Shown here piece by piece: positions 39,874 through 49,457 of a stretch of 64,000 nt of DNA. The first letter of the stretch is position 1. Every line of letters starts with the position of its first letter. The stretch comes from Verrucomicrobiia bacterium (GTDB lineage Bacteria > Verrucomicrobiota > Verrucomicrobiia > Limisphaerales > UBA1319), in contig OY760937.1 of the NCBI GenBank assembly GCA_963664225.1, positions 2,016,001 to 2,080,000 on the forward strand, written 5' to 3'. The notes below the pieces were generated by a model. It had not been told where the DNA came from and did no database searches. It saw only the letters and a list, made by a program, of their open reading frames with translations. The position numbers and the translations under genes are program-made.

Positions 39874-40455
39874 TGTCTCCACAGGCAATATTGTTACACA
39901 AAAAGACTTGTATGTCGAGTTGAACTGTGCTCCAATCAGGTTTCGAACACCCAAACGCATGGAGGAGCAATCAAATGGTGATTGTTAAGCCCGCTTATTC
40001 TCGAGCGTTTTATTCTGGAGGAGCGCCCGTCTGCGAACACCGGGGAAGGGGCCGGAAACACCCTGCACTTTGCCCGCCAAACCCCTGTGTGAACTCCACG
40101 CTTTTTCGTCAAATAAACCATCCCATTTTCTTTCACCCGCACACCAATTTGGGACACTCTGTTTTAAGGGGGATTTTCGCCATCAAATCCTTGTTTTTGC
40201 CCCAATCGATGTGTGCCGCGCCTGATAATGTTTCCCTTGTTGTTATGACATCCGAACGGCTCAACACCAAACAACCCATGCGATGCAACAGGTTCTGAAA
40301 ATCCCGCCTTATGAGGCGGGGTTATGTGTTCACGGCTGCCCGTCCGGGCATTTGATGGAAACGCGTTATCCGGCCCTGTCCCATTAGTGAATCGGTCACA
40401 TGGAAGCAGGACACTTTATCGTCATAATGAAGCGCATTATCGGGGCTTTTAAGGG

Positions 40456-40471
40456 TGGCACGCCATTCGCT
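40456..40471 (+). promoter_or_regulatory. Candidate sigma54 -24/-12 promoter
   Basis: TGGCACGCCATTCGCT: GG-N10-GC spacing, one mismatch to TGGCACG-N4-TTGC; ends 50 nt before ATG 40521. Confidence 0.55.
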
Positions 40472-40520
40472 TAGTGATCGACGTCCAGGTTTACTAAGAT
40501 TCCTGGAGTGTTTTGGAAAA

Positions 40521-43397
40521 ATGAAAGTATTAGCTTTATTTAAATCGTTTTTAAGACTCAGGGTCTTATTAGTTTCTTTTTTGTTTTTGACGGTCGCCGG
40601 TTCCGCCCACGCCGCCAAAAGCATCACGCTGGCCTGGGACCCGAGCACGGATTCAAAAGTGACCGGGTATAATATTTATTACGGACCGGCTTGCGCCCAG
40701 TACACGAACCATGTCTGGGTCAGCGGCGTGGCCACCACAAACGCCACGATCAACAACCTGCTGGACGGGGTGACTTATTACTTTGCGGCCACTTCCTGCG
40801 GAAGCGCCGGGGATGAGAGCCCTTTTTCCAACGAGGTCAATTACCAGTCGGCTCCTGTGGTCACGCAACCGGTGGCTCCCAGCATCACATGGACCCAACC
40901 GGCGGCCATCGTCTATGGCACCGCGCTAAGCGCGGCACAGCTCAACGCAACAGCCAATGCTCCAGGCACTTTCACTTACAACCCGGCGCTGAATAGCGTT
41001 CTGCCCGCAGGCAATGGCCAGACCTTGACTGCGGTCTTCACGCCAACGGACCCCACGAAATACACGTCGGTCACCACCACGGTATTGCTGAACGTATCCA
41101 AGGCTCCGTTGACGATAACCGCAAACTCCGGCTCCAAGGCATACGGCGCGGCCGTGCCCGCCCTCACGGCGGTGTATTCGGGATTTGTCAATGGCAACAC
41201 AGCGGCCAGCCTGACCACACCGGTCAGCCTCTCCACCACCGCGACAGCCGCAAGCCCGATCGGCACCTATACGATCACCGCGAGCGGCGCAACCAGCCCG
41301 AACTACACCATCACCTTTGTTAATGCTTCATTGAACGTAACCCGGGCTGCTTTGACAATCGCTGCGGACGCCAAGAGCAAATGCTTCGGTGCGGCTCTGC
41401 CTGTTCTTACAGCGACCTACTCCGGATTCGTCAATGGCGACACTGCGGCCAGCCTGACCACACCGGTCAGCCTTTCCACCACCGCGACAGCCGCAAGCCC
41501 GATCGGCACTTACGCAATCACCGCCAGCGGCGCGACCAGCCCGAACTACACCATCGCCTTTGTAAATGGCTCATTGAACGTGACACCGGCGGCGCTGACG
41601 ATTGCGGCGGATGCCAAGAGCAAGACCTACGGCGCGGCTAATCCGGCTTTCACGGCGACCTACTCGGGATTCGTCAATGGCGACACCGCCGCCAGCCTGA
41701 CCACACCGGTCAGCCTTTCCACCACCGCGACAGCCGCAAGCCCGATCGGCACCTATACGATCACCGCGAGCGGCGCGACCAGCCCGAATTACACCATCGC
41801 CTTTGTAAATGGCTCATTGAACGTGACCCCGGCGGCGCTGACGATTGCGGCGGATGCCAAGAGCAAGACCTACGGGGCGGCCCTGCCTGTTCTTACGGCG
41901 ACCTACTCGGGTTTCGTCAATGGCGACACTGCGGCCAGCCTGACCACACCGGTCAGCCTGACGACAACGGCGACTGCGGCCAGCCATGTTGGCTCTTACA
42001 ACATCATTGCGACGGGTGCCGCGAGTCCGAACTACACGATTTCGTTTGCCAACAGCAGCTTGAACGTCACACCGGCAGCCCTGACCATCACCGCCAACTG
42101 CCAATCCCGGCTCGTCAATACGGCCAATCCCGCGTTGACCGCCTCTTATGCCGGATTTGTGAATGGCGAGAGCGCATCCTCCCTGACGACGCCCGTGTCA
42201 CTGACGACCACGGCCACCACCAGCAGCCCGGTCGGCACCTATCCCATTATCGCCAGCGGGGCACAGGACGCCGACTACACCATCACCCTGGTCAACGGCA
42301 CTTTGACTGTGACAGCGACTCCAGTGGCCAGCCTGGTTTCCATTGCGGTCGCACCCAACACCACCTCCTTGTTGGTTGGTCAGACCGCGCAATTCACGGC
42401 CACTGGCACCTATTCGGATGGCGCCTCGAGCAACCTGACCAGCAGAGCCTCGTGGATGACGTCGGCGGGCACGATTGCATCCGTGTCCGGCACCGGTCTG
42501 GCGACAGGCCTGACTGCAGGCAATGCCATCATCTCCGCCACCATGAGCGGGATGTCTTCAAGCGCGACTTTAACGGTCAAATCCAACACACCCAGCGGCT
42601 CGGTCACTTTGACGAGCACTGTTGCGAGGACCATTCCCACAATCGGTCTGGCCAATCCGTATGTCACCACGATCAATGCCTCAGGCCTCGCGGGCGTCCT
42701 TTCCAAGGTCACAGTGACCCTGAATGGTGTGAGCCACACCTGGCCTCACGACATCAATGCGATGCTCGTGGGACCTGCGGGACAAAAAGTCATGCTTATG
42801 CGTCATGCGGGCGGTGGGTATAAGATTAACAATATTGCAATCACCCTGGATGACGATGCCAATGTCAAAATGCCCAATTATAGCGGATTGAAAACCGGCG
42901 TTTATAAGCCGACCAATTATGGAACGATCTATAATTTCGCCTCACCCGCCCCTTCGGCTCCTTACGACACCAAGTTGTCCGTGTTCAACCGGACGAATCC
43001 CAACGGCACATGGTCCCTGTATGTGATGGATGATTCCAGCGGCGATGCAGGATCGATGGCCGGCTGGAGCCTGACCCTGACAACGACCACAACCACACTG
43101 TTGGACATTCCAATGGCGGGACCGGAACCTGAAACACCGGCGGATCTGCTGGCCGTGAAGCCGAACATCACCACGCCCCCTGCCGTATGGATCGAATCCA
43201 TTGGGTTGAACACCGACAAGCAGGCATCGCTGATCTTGAGCGGGTGCCCTGACGCCAACTACACCGTGCAATCCACCACCAACTTTGTGGATTGGTCGGA
43301 AGTTGAATCGGGCATCGTCCCGGTGGGTCAATTCACGGTGACGGATCTGCAATCAGGCCCGAACGCGGGCAAGTTTTACCGGGTCGTCGCTCCTTAA
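40521..43397 (+). CDS. Large secreted adhesin-like protein (FN3, 5 MBG-type repeats, Ig-like, P-domain-like, FYRV tail)
   Basis: Signal peptide; LAWDP...GYNIYYG FN3; LTI.A..KSK.YGAA.P.LTATYSGFVNGD repeats; HTWPHDI..L.GP.G; NGTWSLYV.D. Confidence 0.88.
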   Translation: MKVLALFKSFLRLRVLLVSFLFLTVAGSAHAAKSITLAWDPSTDSKVTGYNIYYGPACAQYTNHVWVSGVATTNATINNLLDGVTYYFAATSCGSAGDESPFSNEVNYQSAPVVTQPVAPSITWTQPAAIVYGTALSAAQLNATANAPGTFTYNPALNSVLPAGNGQTLTAVFTPTDPTKYTSVTTTVLLNVSKAPLTITANSGSKAYGAAVPALTAVYSGFVNGNTAASLTTPVSLSTTATAASPIGTYTITASGATSPNYTITFVNASLNVTRAALTIAADAKSKCFGAALPVLTATYSGFVNGDTAASLTTPVSLSTTATAASPIGTYAITASGATSPNYTIAFVNGSLNVTPAALTIAADAKSKTYGAANPAFTATYSGFVNGDTAASLTTPVSLSTTATAASPIGTYTITASGATSPNYTIAFVNGSLNVTPAALTIAADAKSKTYGAALPVLTATYSGFVNGDTAASLTTPVSLTTTATAASHVGSYNIIATGAASPNYTISFANSSLNVTPAALTITANCQSRLVNTANPALTASYAGFVNGESASSLTTPVSLTTTATTSSPVGTYPIIASGAQDADYTITLVNGTLTVTATPVASLVSIAVAPNTTSLLVGQTAQFTATGTYSDGASSNLTSRASWMTSAGTIASVSGTGLATGLTAGNAIISATMSGMSSSATLTVKSNTPSGSVTLTSTVARTIPTIGLANPYVTTINASGLAGVLSKVTVTLNGVSHTWPHDINAMLVGPAGQKVMLMRHAGGGYKINNIAITLDDDANVKMPNYSGLKTGVYKPTNYGTIYNFASPAPSAPYDTKLSVFNRTNPNGTWSLYVMDDSSGDAGSMAGWSLTLTTTTTTLLDIPMAGPEPETPADLLAVKPNITTPPAVWIESIGLNTDKQASLILSGCPDANYTVQSTTNFVDWSEVESGIVPVGQFTVTDLQSGPNAGKFYRVVAP
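41100..42314 (+). repeat. Five tandem 243-bp intragenic repeats (81-aa MBG-type domains)
   Basis: Units start at about 41100, 41343, 41586, 41829 and 42072; middle units nearly identical in DNA. Confidence 0.9.
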
Positions 43398-43419
43398 CGA
43401 TACCGGTTGATCAAGCCGC

Positions 43420-43451
43420 GAACGGCCGACCTCCTGTCGGCCGTTCTTTTT
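43420..43451 (+). terminator. Rho-independent terminator
   Basis: GAACGGCCGAC-ctcct-GTCGGCCGTTC followed by TTTTT. Confidence 0.88.
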
Positions 43452-43543
43452 GTACGTGCGTCAGGCGGAAACGCGGTTCGCGTGGAGAGAGCGGCGGTCG
43501 CGTTCCGAATTGCAATGGACGGGCGGGGCGATACAGTCACCGT

Positions 43544-44965
43544 GTGAGCAGCGAACAATATGATTTAGTGGTGATTGGCGCGGGGCCGGGAGGATATGTT
43601 GCAGCCATTCACGCCGCGCAAAAGGGATTGAAAACGGCGGTGGTCGAATTCCGCGAACCGGGCGGCGTGTGTCTGCATGCGGGTTGCATTCCCACCAAGG
43701 CCATGATCGCCAGCGCGGATCTTCTGCGTCAGGCGCGTGCGGCGACCCAAATGGGCATCGAAATCCCCACCGCAACGGCGGCACTCGCGCCCATTGCCGC
43801 GCGCAGGGACAAAATCGTGCGCCAGCTTGCGCAGGGCGTTCGTTTTCTGCTGCAAAAGAACGGTGTGGAACTCATCGCGGGGCGCGGTGTTCTCACATCG
43901 GCCAAAATGATTGAAATTCGCGACAACGCCGACCAGGTGTTGCGCGTGATTGACCAGCCTCGCGGCATACTTCTGGCGACGGGATCGCATCCGGCTGAAT
44001 TGCCGGGGCTGACCGTGGATCACCAGACCGTTCTCAATAGTAACGATATTCTCATGCTGACGGAAACGCCCGCGGAACTGTTGATCCTGGGCGGAGGCTA
44101 CATCGGCTGTGAATTTGCCTCCCTCTTTGCCGCGCTGGGCTCGAAGGTCACGGTGATCGAGGCGATGCCGAATCTGCTCCCGGGGATGGACACCGAACTG
44201 GGTCAGACCCTGGAGCGGTCGTTTAAGAAAGCGGGCATTCAATTGCGGTTGAACACGCGGGTTCAAGCAATCGAGACAACGGGGGGCGTCCAGGCAACCC
44301 TGAGCGATGGCCAGGTGTTGACGGGCACGAAGATGCTCGTTTCGGTCGGACGCGCGGCGAACGTTGCGGGTCTGGGTCTGGAAAATGCCGGGGTGACGCA
44401 TACCACCCGCGGCATCGATGTGGACGGTTTCATGCGGACCAACGTGCCGGGCATTTTCGCCATCGGCGACGTGACCGGGAAGATGGCGCTGGCGCATGTG
44501 GCGAGCGCCCAAGGCAAACTGGTCGTGGAATGCCTGGCGGCCACATTGGCCGGAACGCCCGCGCCGACGCGCGCCATGGACTACGATTCCATCCCGGCCT
44601 GCGTCTTCACGCATCCGGAAATCGCCGCGGTGGGACTGACCGAGGCGGAGGCAACGAAACGCGGCGTGCGCGTTCGCGTGGGAAAATTCCCGTTCATGGC
44701 GGCGGGCAAGGCCATGGCGGCGGGCGCGACGGACGGTTTTGTGAAGCTTATCGCCAACGAGGAAAATGGACGGCTGATCGGCGGGCACATCATTGGCGCG
44801 CATGCCTCCGAATTGATCGCGACCGTGGCGCTGGGCGTGCGGTGCGGACTGACGGTTGCGCAGGTCACGGAAACGGTGTTTGCGCATCCGACGCTGGGCG
44901 AAGCCGTGCTGGAAGCCGCGGAAGGTATTTTTGGCAAATCCACCCACATTGTCGCGAGCCGATGA
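43544..44965 (+). CDS. lpdA: Dihydrolipoamide dehydrogenase
   Basis: GAGPGGYVAAI, GGVCLHAGCIPTK, GGGYIGCE, AIGDV, HPTLGE. Confidence 0.95.
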   Translation: MSSEQYDLVVIGAGPGGYVAAIHAAQKGLKTAVVEFREPGGVCLHAGCIPTKAMIASADLLRQARAATQMGIEIPTATAALAPIAARRDKIVRQLAQGVRFLLQKNGVELIAGRGVLTSAKMIEIRDNADQVLRVIDQPRGILLATGSHPAELPGLTVDHQTVLNSNDILMLTETPAELLILGGGYIGCEFASLFAALGSKVTVIEAMPNLLPGMDTELGQTLERSFKKAGIQLRLNTRVQAIETTGGVQATLSDGQVLTGTKMLVSVGRAANVAGLGLENAGVTHTTRGIDVDGFMRTNVPGIFAIGDVTGKMALAHVASAQGKLVVECLAATLAGTPAPTRAMDYDSIPACVFTHPEIAAVGLTEAEATKRGVRVRVGKFPFMAAGKAMAAGATDGFVKLIANEENGRLIGGHIIGAHASELIATVALGVRCGLTVAQVTETVFAHPTLGEAVLEAAEGIFGKSTHIVASR

Positions 44966-45495
44966 AGAACATCGTTTATTTCGATCTTGAAACGCAAAAG
45001 TCGGCCCAGGAAGTGGGCGGCTGGGACAAAATCCGCGATCTGAAAATGAGCGTGGGCGTGACCTTCAGCACGGCCCGCAACGCCTACAAGATCTACGATG
45101 AAAAACACATCAACGATCTGATCACGGAACTGCAGCGGGCCGATCTGGTGGTGGGTTTCAACAATCTGCGGTTCGATTACGAGGTGCTGCACGGTTACAC
45201 GGTCTATGACCTGACCCAATTGCCGACCCTGGACATGCTGGTGGAGATTCACAAAATCCTGAATCATCGGGTGGCCCTCGACGACATTGCCTCCGCCACT
45301 TTTGGCGTGAATAAAACGGCAGAGGGTTTGCAGGCCATCCAATGGTACCGGCAGGGGAAACTGGCTGAAATTGCGGAATACTGCTGTTTCGACGTGAAGA
45401 TCACAAAAATGGTCCACGAGTATGGCGTGACTCACAAACAGCTTTTCTACAACAACCGCTTCGGTGCCAAGCAAACCATGACGGTGAATTGGTAG
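44962..45495 (+). CDS. RNase H-like (YprB/DEDD) domain protein
   Basis: YFDLETQ, VGFN..RFD, YCCFDV; ATGA overlap with lpdA. Confidence 0.85.
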   Translation: MKNIVYFDLETQKSAQEVGGWDKIRDLKMSVGVTFSTARNAYKIYDEKHINDLITELQRADLVVGFNNLRFDYEVLHGYTVYDLTQLPTLDMLVEIHKILNHRVALDDIASATFGVNKTAEGLQAIQWYRQGKLAEIAEYCCFDVKITKMVHEYGVTHKQLFYNNRFGAKQTMTVNW

Positions 45496-45617
45496 GGTCC
45501 TAGCCGGACTGGCGGGATGCGGTGATTGGCAATATCGGGCGGGGACGCCCGATGAACCCGCAGACGCGGAGGTCTGCGATACATGGAAAAGGGGTTGCGA
45601 TCTCTGGCCGCTCCAGC

Positions 45618-46844
45618 TCAAACCGGGGTTGGCCGGGGAGCGAGGACGGACTGGATGGCTCCTTTTTGGAAGGCGTCCCACATGGGCGACATTTCGCGGA
45701 GGACGGAGACGATTTTGGGAAAGGTCTCGATCATGTAATCGATTTCCTCGTCGGTGTTGTCCTTGCCGAGGGATAAAATCAGATTGCCCTGGGCCAGGGC
45801 GTGGTCCAGGCCAATGGCTGCGAGGACGTGGGATATTTTCAGGGATTTGCTCACGCAGCTCGATCCGCTGGCGACGGAGATGCCGTTGAAGTCGCATCGG
45901 AGCAACTGGCCTTCCCCCTCAATGAATTCGGTGCTGATGTTCAGGTTGGTCGGGAGGCGGCCGGGTCCCGGATCGGGACCGCTCAGGCGCAGGTATGGGA
46001 CGTTCTGGCGAAGGCCTTCCCAAAGCTTCTTTTGCAGGCGCGCGACATGCGCCGCTCGCGCTGGCAATTCCCGGGCCGCGATCTCGCAGGCCAATCCCGC
46101 GCCGACAATGGCCGCAACGTTTTCGGTTCCCGCACGCCGTCCGTTCTCCTGGACGCCACCGTGCTGGATTCCGAGCAGGCGGGCGCGGCGGCTGCGATAC
46201 AAAATTCCGACGCCCTTGGGGCCGTAGAAACGGTGGGGCGAGAGCGAGAGCAGGTTCGCGCCCATGGCCTGGACATCGATGGGCAGCCATCCACCACTGG
46301 CCACGGCATCGACAAAGAGAGGAATCCCTTTTTCAGCGGCGATCCTCCCGATCTCGGCAATCGGTTCCACGGTGCCAATGTCGTGATTGGCATGGTGCAC
46401 GCAGATTAAAATGGTTTTGTCCGTGAGGGCGGCGCGCACGGCTTCAGGATCGACAAAACCCTGGGAATCCACGGGAATCCGCGTGCAGGTGAAGCCCTGT
46501 TTTTCGAGAAACTCGACGGAGTTGAGGACGGAAGGATGCTCGATCTGGGTGACGACGATGTGGTTGCCACGGCGCTGATTGGCATAGGCCACGCCCTTGA
46601 TGGCAAGGTTCGCGGACTCGGTTCCGCACGATGTGAAGATGATGTCGTCCGGCATTTCCGCATGGATGGCGGTGGCAACCTGCTGCCGCGCCTTTGCAAG
46701 CGCTTCGCGCGCCATCAGACCGCGCTGGTGCAGCGAAGAGGGATTGCCGAAATCGGCCATGAAAAACGGGCGCATGGCCTCGAAAACCTCCGGTAAAACC
46801 GGGGTCCCAGCCTGATAATCCAAATAAGCAGAACGCACGGGCAT
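45618..46844 (-). CDS. iscS: Cysteine desulfurase (IscS/NifS) homologue with the PLP lysine replaced by Arg
   Basis: GNPSSLH, TESANLAI, EHPSV, RAGTEN, SGSSC catalytic loop; SPHRFYGPKG where HK is canonical. Confidence 0.9.
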   Translation of the reverse strand: MPVRSAYLDYQAGTPVLPEVFEAMRPFFMADFGNPSSLHQRGLMAREALAKARQQVATAIHAEMPDDIIFTSCGTESANLAIKGVAYANQRRGNHIVVTQIEHPSVLNSVEFLEKQGFTCTRIPVDSQGFVDPEAVRAALTDKTILICVHHANHDIGTVEPIAEIGRIAAEKGIPLFVDAVASGGWLPIDVQAMGANLLSLSPHRFYGPKGVGILYRSRRARLLGIQHGGVQENGRRAGTENVAAIVGAGLACEIAARELPARAAHVARLQKKLWEGLRQNVPYLRLSGPDPGPGRLPTNLNISTEFIEGEGQLLRCDFNGISVASGSSCVSKSLKISHVLAAIGLDHALAQGNLILSLGKDNTDEEIDYMIETFPKIVSVLREMSPMWDAFQKGAIQSVLAPRPTPV

Positions 46845-46907
46845 AAAAATAATTGGAGCGAAACCCCTCGAAAAACAACCGGCCTCTGAATGCAGCGATC
46901 CTGCGGA

Positions 46908-47321
46908 TCAGGCCTTGCCAGCCTGGGGCGCTTTCTCGGGATGACGCTTCAGATAGTCCTCAAGCGCGGCCTTGATGGCCTCTTCCGCGAGCACGGAGCA
47001 ATGAATCTTGACCGGGGGCAAACCGCCCAGGGCATCGACGACTTCCTGGTTCTTGAATTGCAGGGCTTCCTCGATGGTGCGGCCCTTGATCAATTCGGTG
47101 GCCATGCTGGAACTGGCGATTGCGGAACCACATCCGAAGGCCTTGAAACGGGCCTGCTCGATGCGGCCGTCCTTGATTTTCAGGGAAATCTTCATGATAT
47201 CCCCGCAGGCGGCCGCGCCCACTTCACCCACGCCATCGGCATCTTCCATGTCCCCCACATTCTTGGGGTTCATGAAATGGTCCATCACGGTGGAATTATA
47301 CAAACTATGACTGTCGCTCAT
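46908..47321 (-). CDS. iscU: Fe-S cluster scaffold IscU
   Basis: DHFMNPKNVG, CGD, FGCGSAIASSS, LPPVKIHCSVLAE. Confidence 0.95.
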   Translation of the reverse strand: MSDSHSLYNSTVMDHFMNPKNVGDMEDADGVGEVGAAACGDIMKISLKIKDGRIEQARFKAFGCGSAIASSSMATELIKGRTIEEALQFKNQEVVDALGGLPPVKIHCSVLAEEAIKAALEDYLKRHPEKAPQAGKA

Positions 47322-47347
47322 AAACGGTTTTGCGCCCTATCGCATTG

Positions 47348-47375
47348 AATCTAGCGTAGGAGATTTGCGTGTCAA
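47348..47375 (-). promoter_or_regulatory. Candidate sigma70 promoter for iscU-iscS
   Basis: Minus strand TTGACA-N16-TAGATT ending 27 nt before the iscU ATG. Confidence 0.5.
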
Positions 47376-47461
47376 CGTCGGGGTGCTCATGGGAACGGGA
47401 GCGAAAGTGTTTCTTTTGAACGGGCGAAAGGCCGCCACGGCGAGACCACAGAATTGATTTA

Positions 47462-49436
47462 GTAGAGTAGGCGAAATGGACGGATTGAATGGCCGTGGCC
47501 AATGACCGTCGCATTTCGCCCCTCATCGAACCGGACAGGCGGTTTTCCCGCATCCGGCTCTCCGGGGATCATACGTTGCATCGCTTCGACGTCATCGTTT
47601 CCATGCCGCATATTCCGGCATTTGGTATAAACCATAACGCTCATAGAGATCCTCCTTGGGGTATGTGGACCATTGCGCCCGACTACATCCGTGTTTGCGC
47701 CACAACCATCGTTGTAACTTGCTGCTGACGTATTCGTTCATCTGGCCCATCACCTTGGTGCTGTTCCCGTAGTGAAAGTAACCCTTCCAACCTTTGAGTT
47801 TCTTGTTGAGCTCGGGAATCACCTCTCCGATATCACGCCATAGCGTGCTTCGGTTGAGTTTCTCCCGAATCCCGTCTCGAAACTTCTTCTGGCTCTTGGG
47901 ATGGGGTTCCACATGCGGATATTTCCATTTCCCCTTCCCCTGTCGCATTGTTAGCGCGAATCCCAAGAATTTGATGCCATCCTGGCGGAGGTCCACCAAG
48001 CGGGTCTTCTTCTCGTTGAGCACTAACTCGCGTTGCTTCAGCCATCGTTCCAGTCGTTCCATCAGTTCCCGTCCCTGCCCCGGCTGTCCGAGTATCACGA
48101 AATCATCCGCGTATCTCACCATCACGGGTTTGAGTTCGCAGCGTTCGTTGACTTCCCAATCCAACTGGTTGAGGTATGCATTGGCTAAAATCGGCGATAC
48201 AACCCCGCCTTGCGGAGTCCCCCGTCGATTCTGACCTTGCCCCCCCTTTGTCCCGCCTTTCCCTGTGTCGCTTTGCGGTTCATTCACGGGCGCGCGCAGC
48301 CATCCTGCGATCAGCTTGAGAATTGTTCCATCGCTGACCCGCTTGGCCACTATGCGCAACAAACGCCTGTGGGGAATGCTGTCAAAATACCCGCTTAAGT
48401 CCGCGTCTATAACTTCGACGCGTCCTGTCAGCGTAGCCTTCTTGATCGCCTCCATTGCTTGGTGGGCATTGCGTTTGGGATGATAGGCGTAACTGTTCGG
48501 ATGACTATCGGCTTCCAGAATCGGCAGCAATACAATCACCACCGCTGTCTGCACCACCCGGTCTTTCACTGTCGGGATGCCCAGGGGTCGCAGCTTCCCG
48601 TCTCCTTTTGGTATATACACACGCTTCACCGGGCTTGGCCGATACTTCTTCGTGCGTAACTCCTCCAGCAGTTGGTTCCGCCATTGGTCCCAGGCTTCGT
48701 CGCTGGCAAGATAGACGTCGCATGTCTGCCCGTCGATCCCAGCCGCGCCATTGTTGTGCGCCACGGAGGCCATTGCCGTTTCCAGCACGTCCTTCCGCAG
48801 CAGTTCTCCGTAGAGGCTGTAAAACCGATACTTCGGCTCAGCCTTGGCTTTGCAATATAGCGCTCGCTGCAGCTTTTGAACTTTTATCGGGGTTGTTATC
48901 CGTTGAAAAAGTGTTTCCACTCCCTCAAGGCCATCTCCCTGTCCCTCGCTGTTTTGATTCGCTTCGATCCAAGTGCCTTCCCTTGGCTCCGCCGGGGTTT
49001 TGGTCGCCCCAGCTTCTTCGCTACTATGGAAGACTCCGACTTCTCTGGCTGCCCGTGCGGCCTCGGAGGGTGTTCCTCCTTGCACCGGCGGTTGAGGCTT
49101 TATCGCCCCGCCTCCAGAGATCTCCCAGCTTACCTTGGTTTCCCTTCCTGTCGTGTCGCCCTCGCTGACTCCGCCGGAATCAACAGCGCCCATTTGACGA
49201 TTTGATGACGCCGCGTTTCTGCCTTCGCCGTTCGGGTAGCGGCTCGGCTTACCGGTTATTTCGGTTTCGGAGCTCATTTGATGAGGTTTACTTTCGTTAC
49301 GACCCGACAGTTCTTTCAGCGTCCCGCTTGTGGTTCGGCCTCACGGCCTCGTCCCGGACGCTGCATTTCGGTCGTGAACCGTCTAATTCGACCGGCGGGA
49401 CTTTCACCCACGAGGCTACCAATTTCACTGGCGCAC
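47462..49436 (-). mobile_element. Group II intron, copy 2 (1975 nt)
   Basis: Same ends and the same ORF-track translations as copy 1, offset by 31285 bp; different outer flanks. Confidence 0.95.
47592..48920 (-). CDS. ltrA: Group II intron reverse transcriptase/maturase (copy 2)
   Basis: Same protein as copy 1 with YADD; frame open to 49277, start uncertain. Confidence 0.93.
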   Translation of the reverse strand: METLFQRITTPIKVQKLQRALYCKAKAEPKYRFYSLYGELLRKDVLETAMASVAHNNGAAGIDGQTCDVYLASDEAWDQWRNQLLEELRTKKYRPSPVKRVYIPKGDGKLRPLGIPTVKDRVVQTAVVIVLLPILEADSHPNSYAYHPKRNAHQAMEAIKKATLTGRVEVIDADLSGYFDSIPHRRLLRIVAKRVSDGTILKLIAGWLRAPVNEPQSDTGKGGTKGGQGQNRRGTPQGGVVSPILANAYLNQLDWEVNERCELKPVMVRYADDFVILGQPGQGRELMERLERWLKQRELVLNEKKTRLVDLRQDGIKFLGFALTMRQGKGKWKYPHVEPHPKSQKKFRDGIREKLNRSTLWRDIGEVIPELNKKLKGWKGYFHYGNSTKVMGQMNEYVSSKLQRWLWRKHGCSRAQWSTYPKEDLYERYGLYQMPEYAAWKR

Positions 49437-49457
49437 ACCCGAAATCCGATGAAAGGA

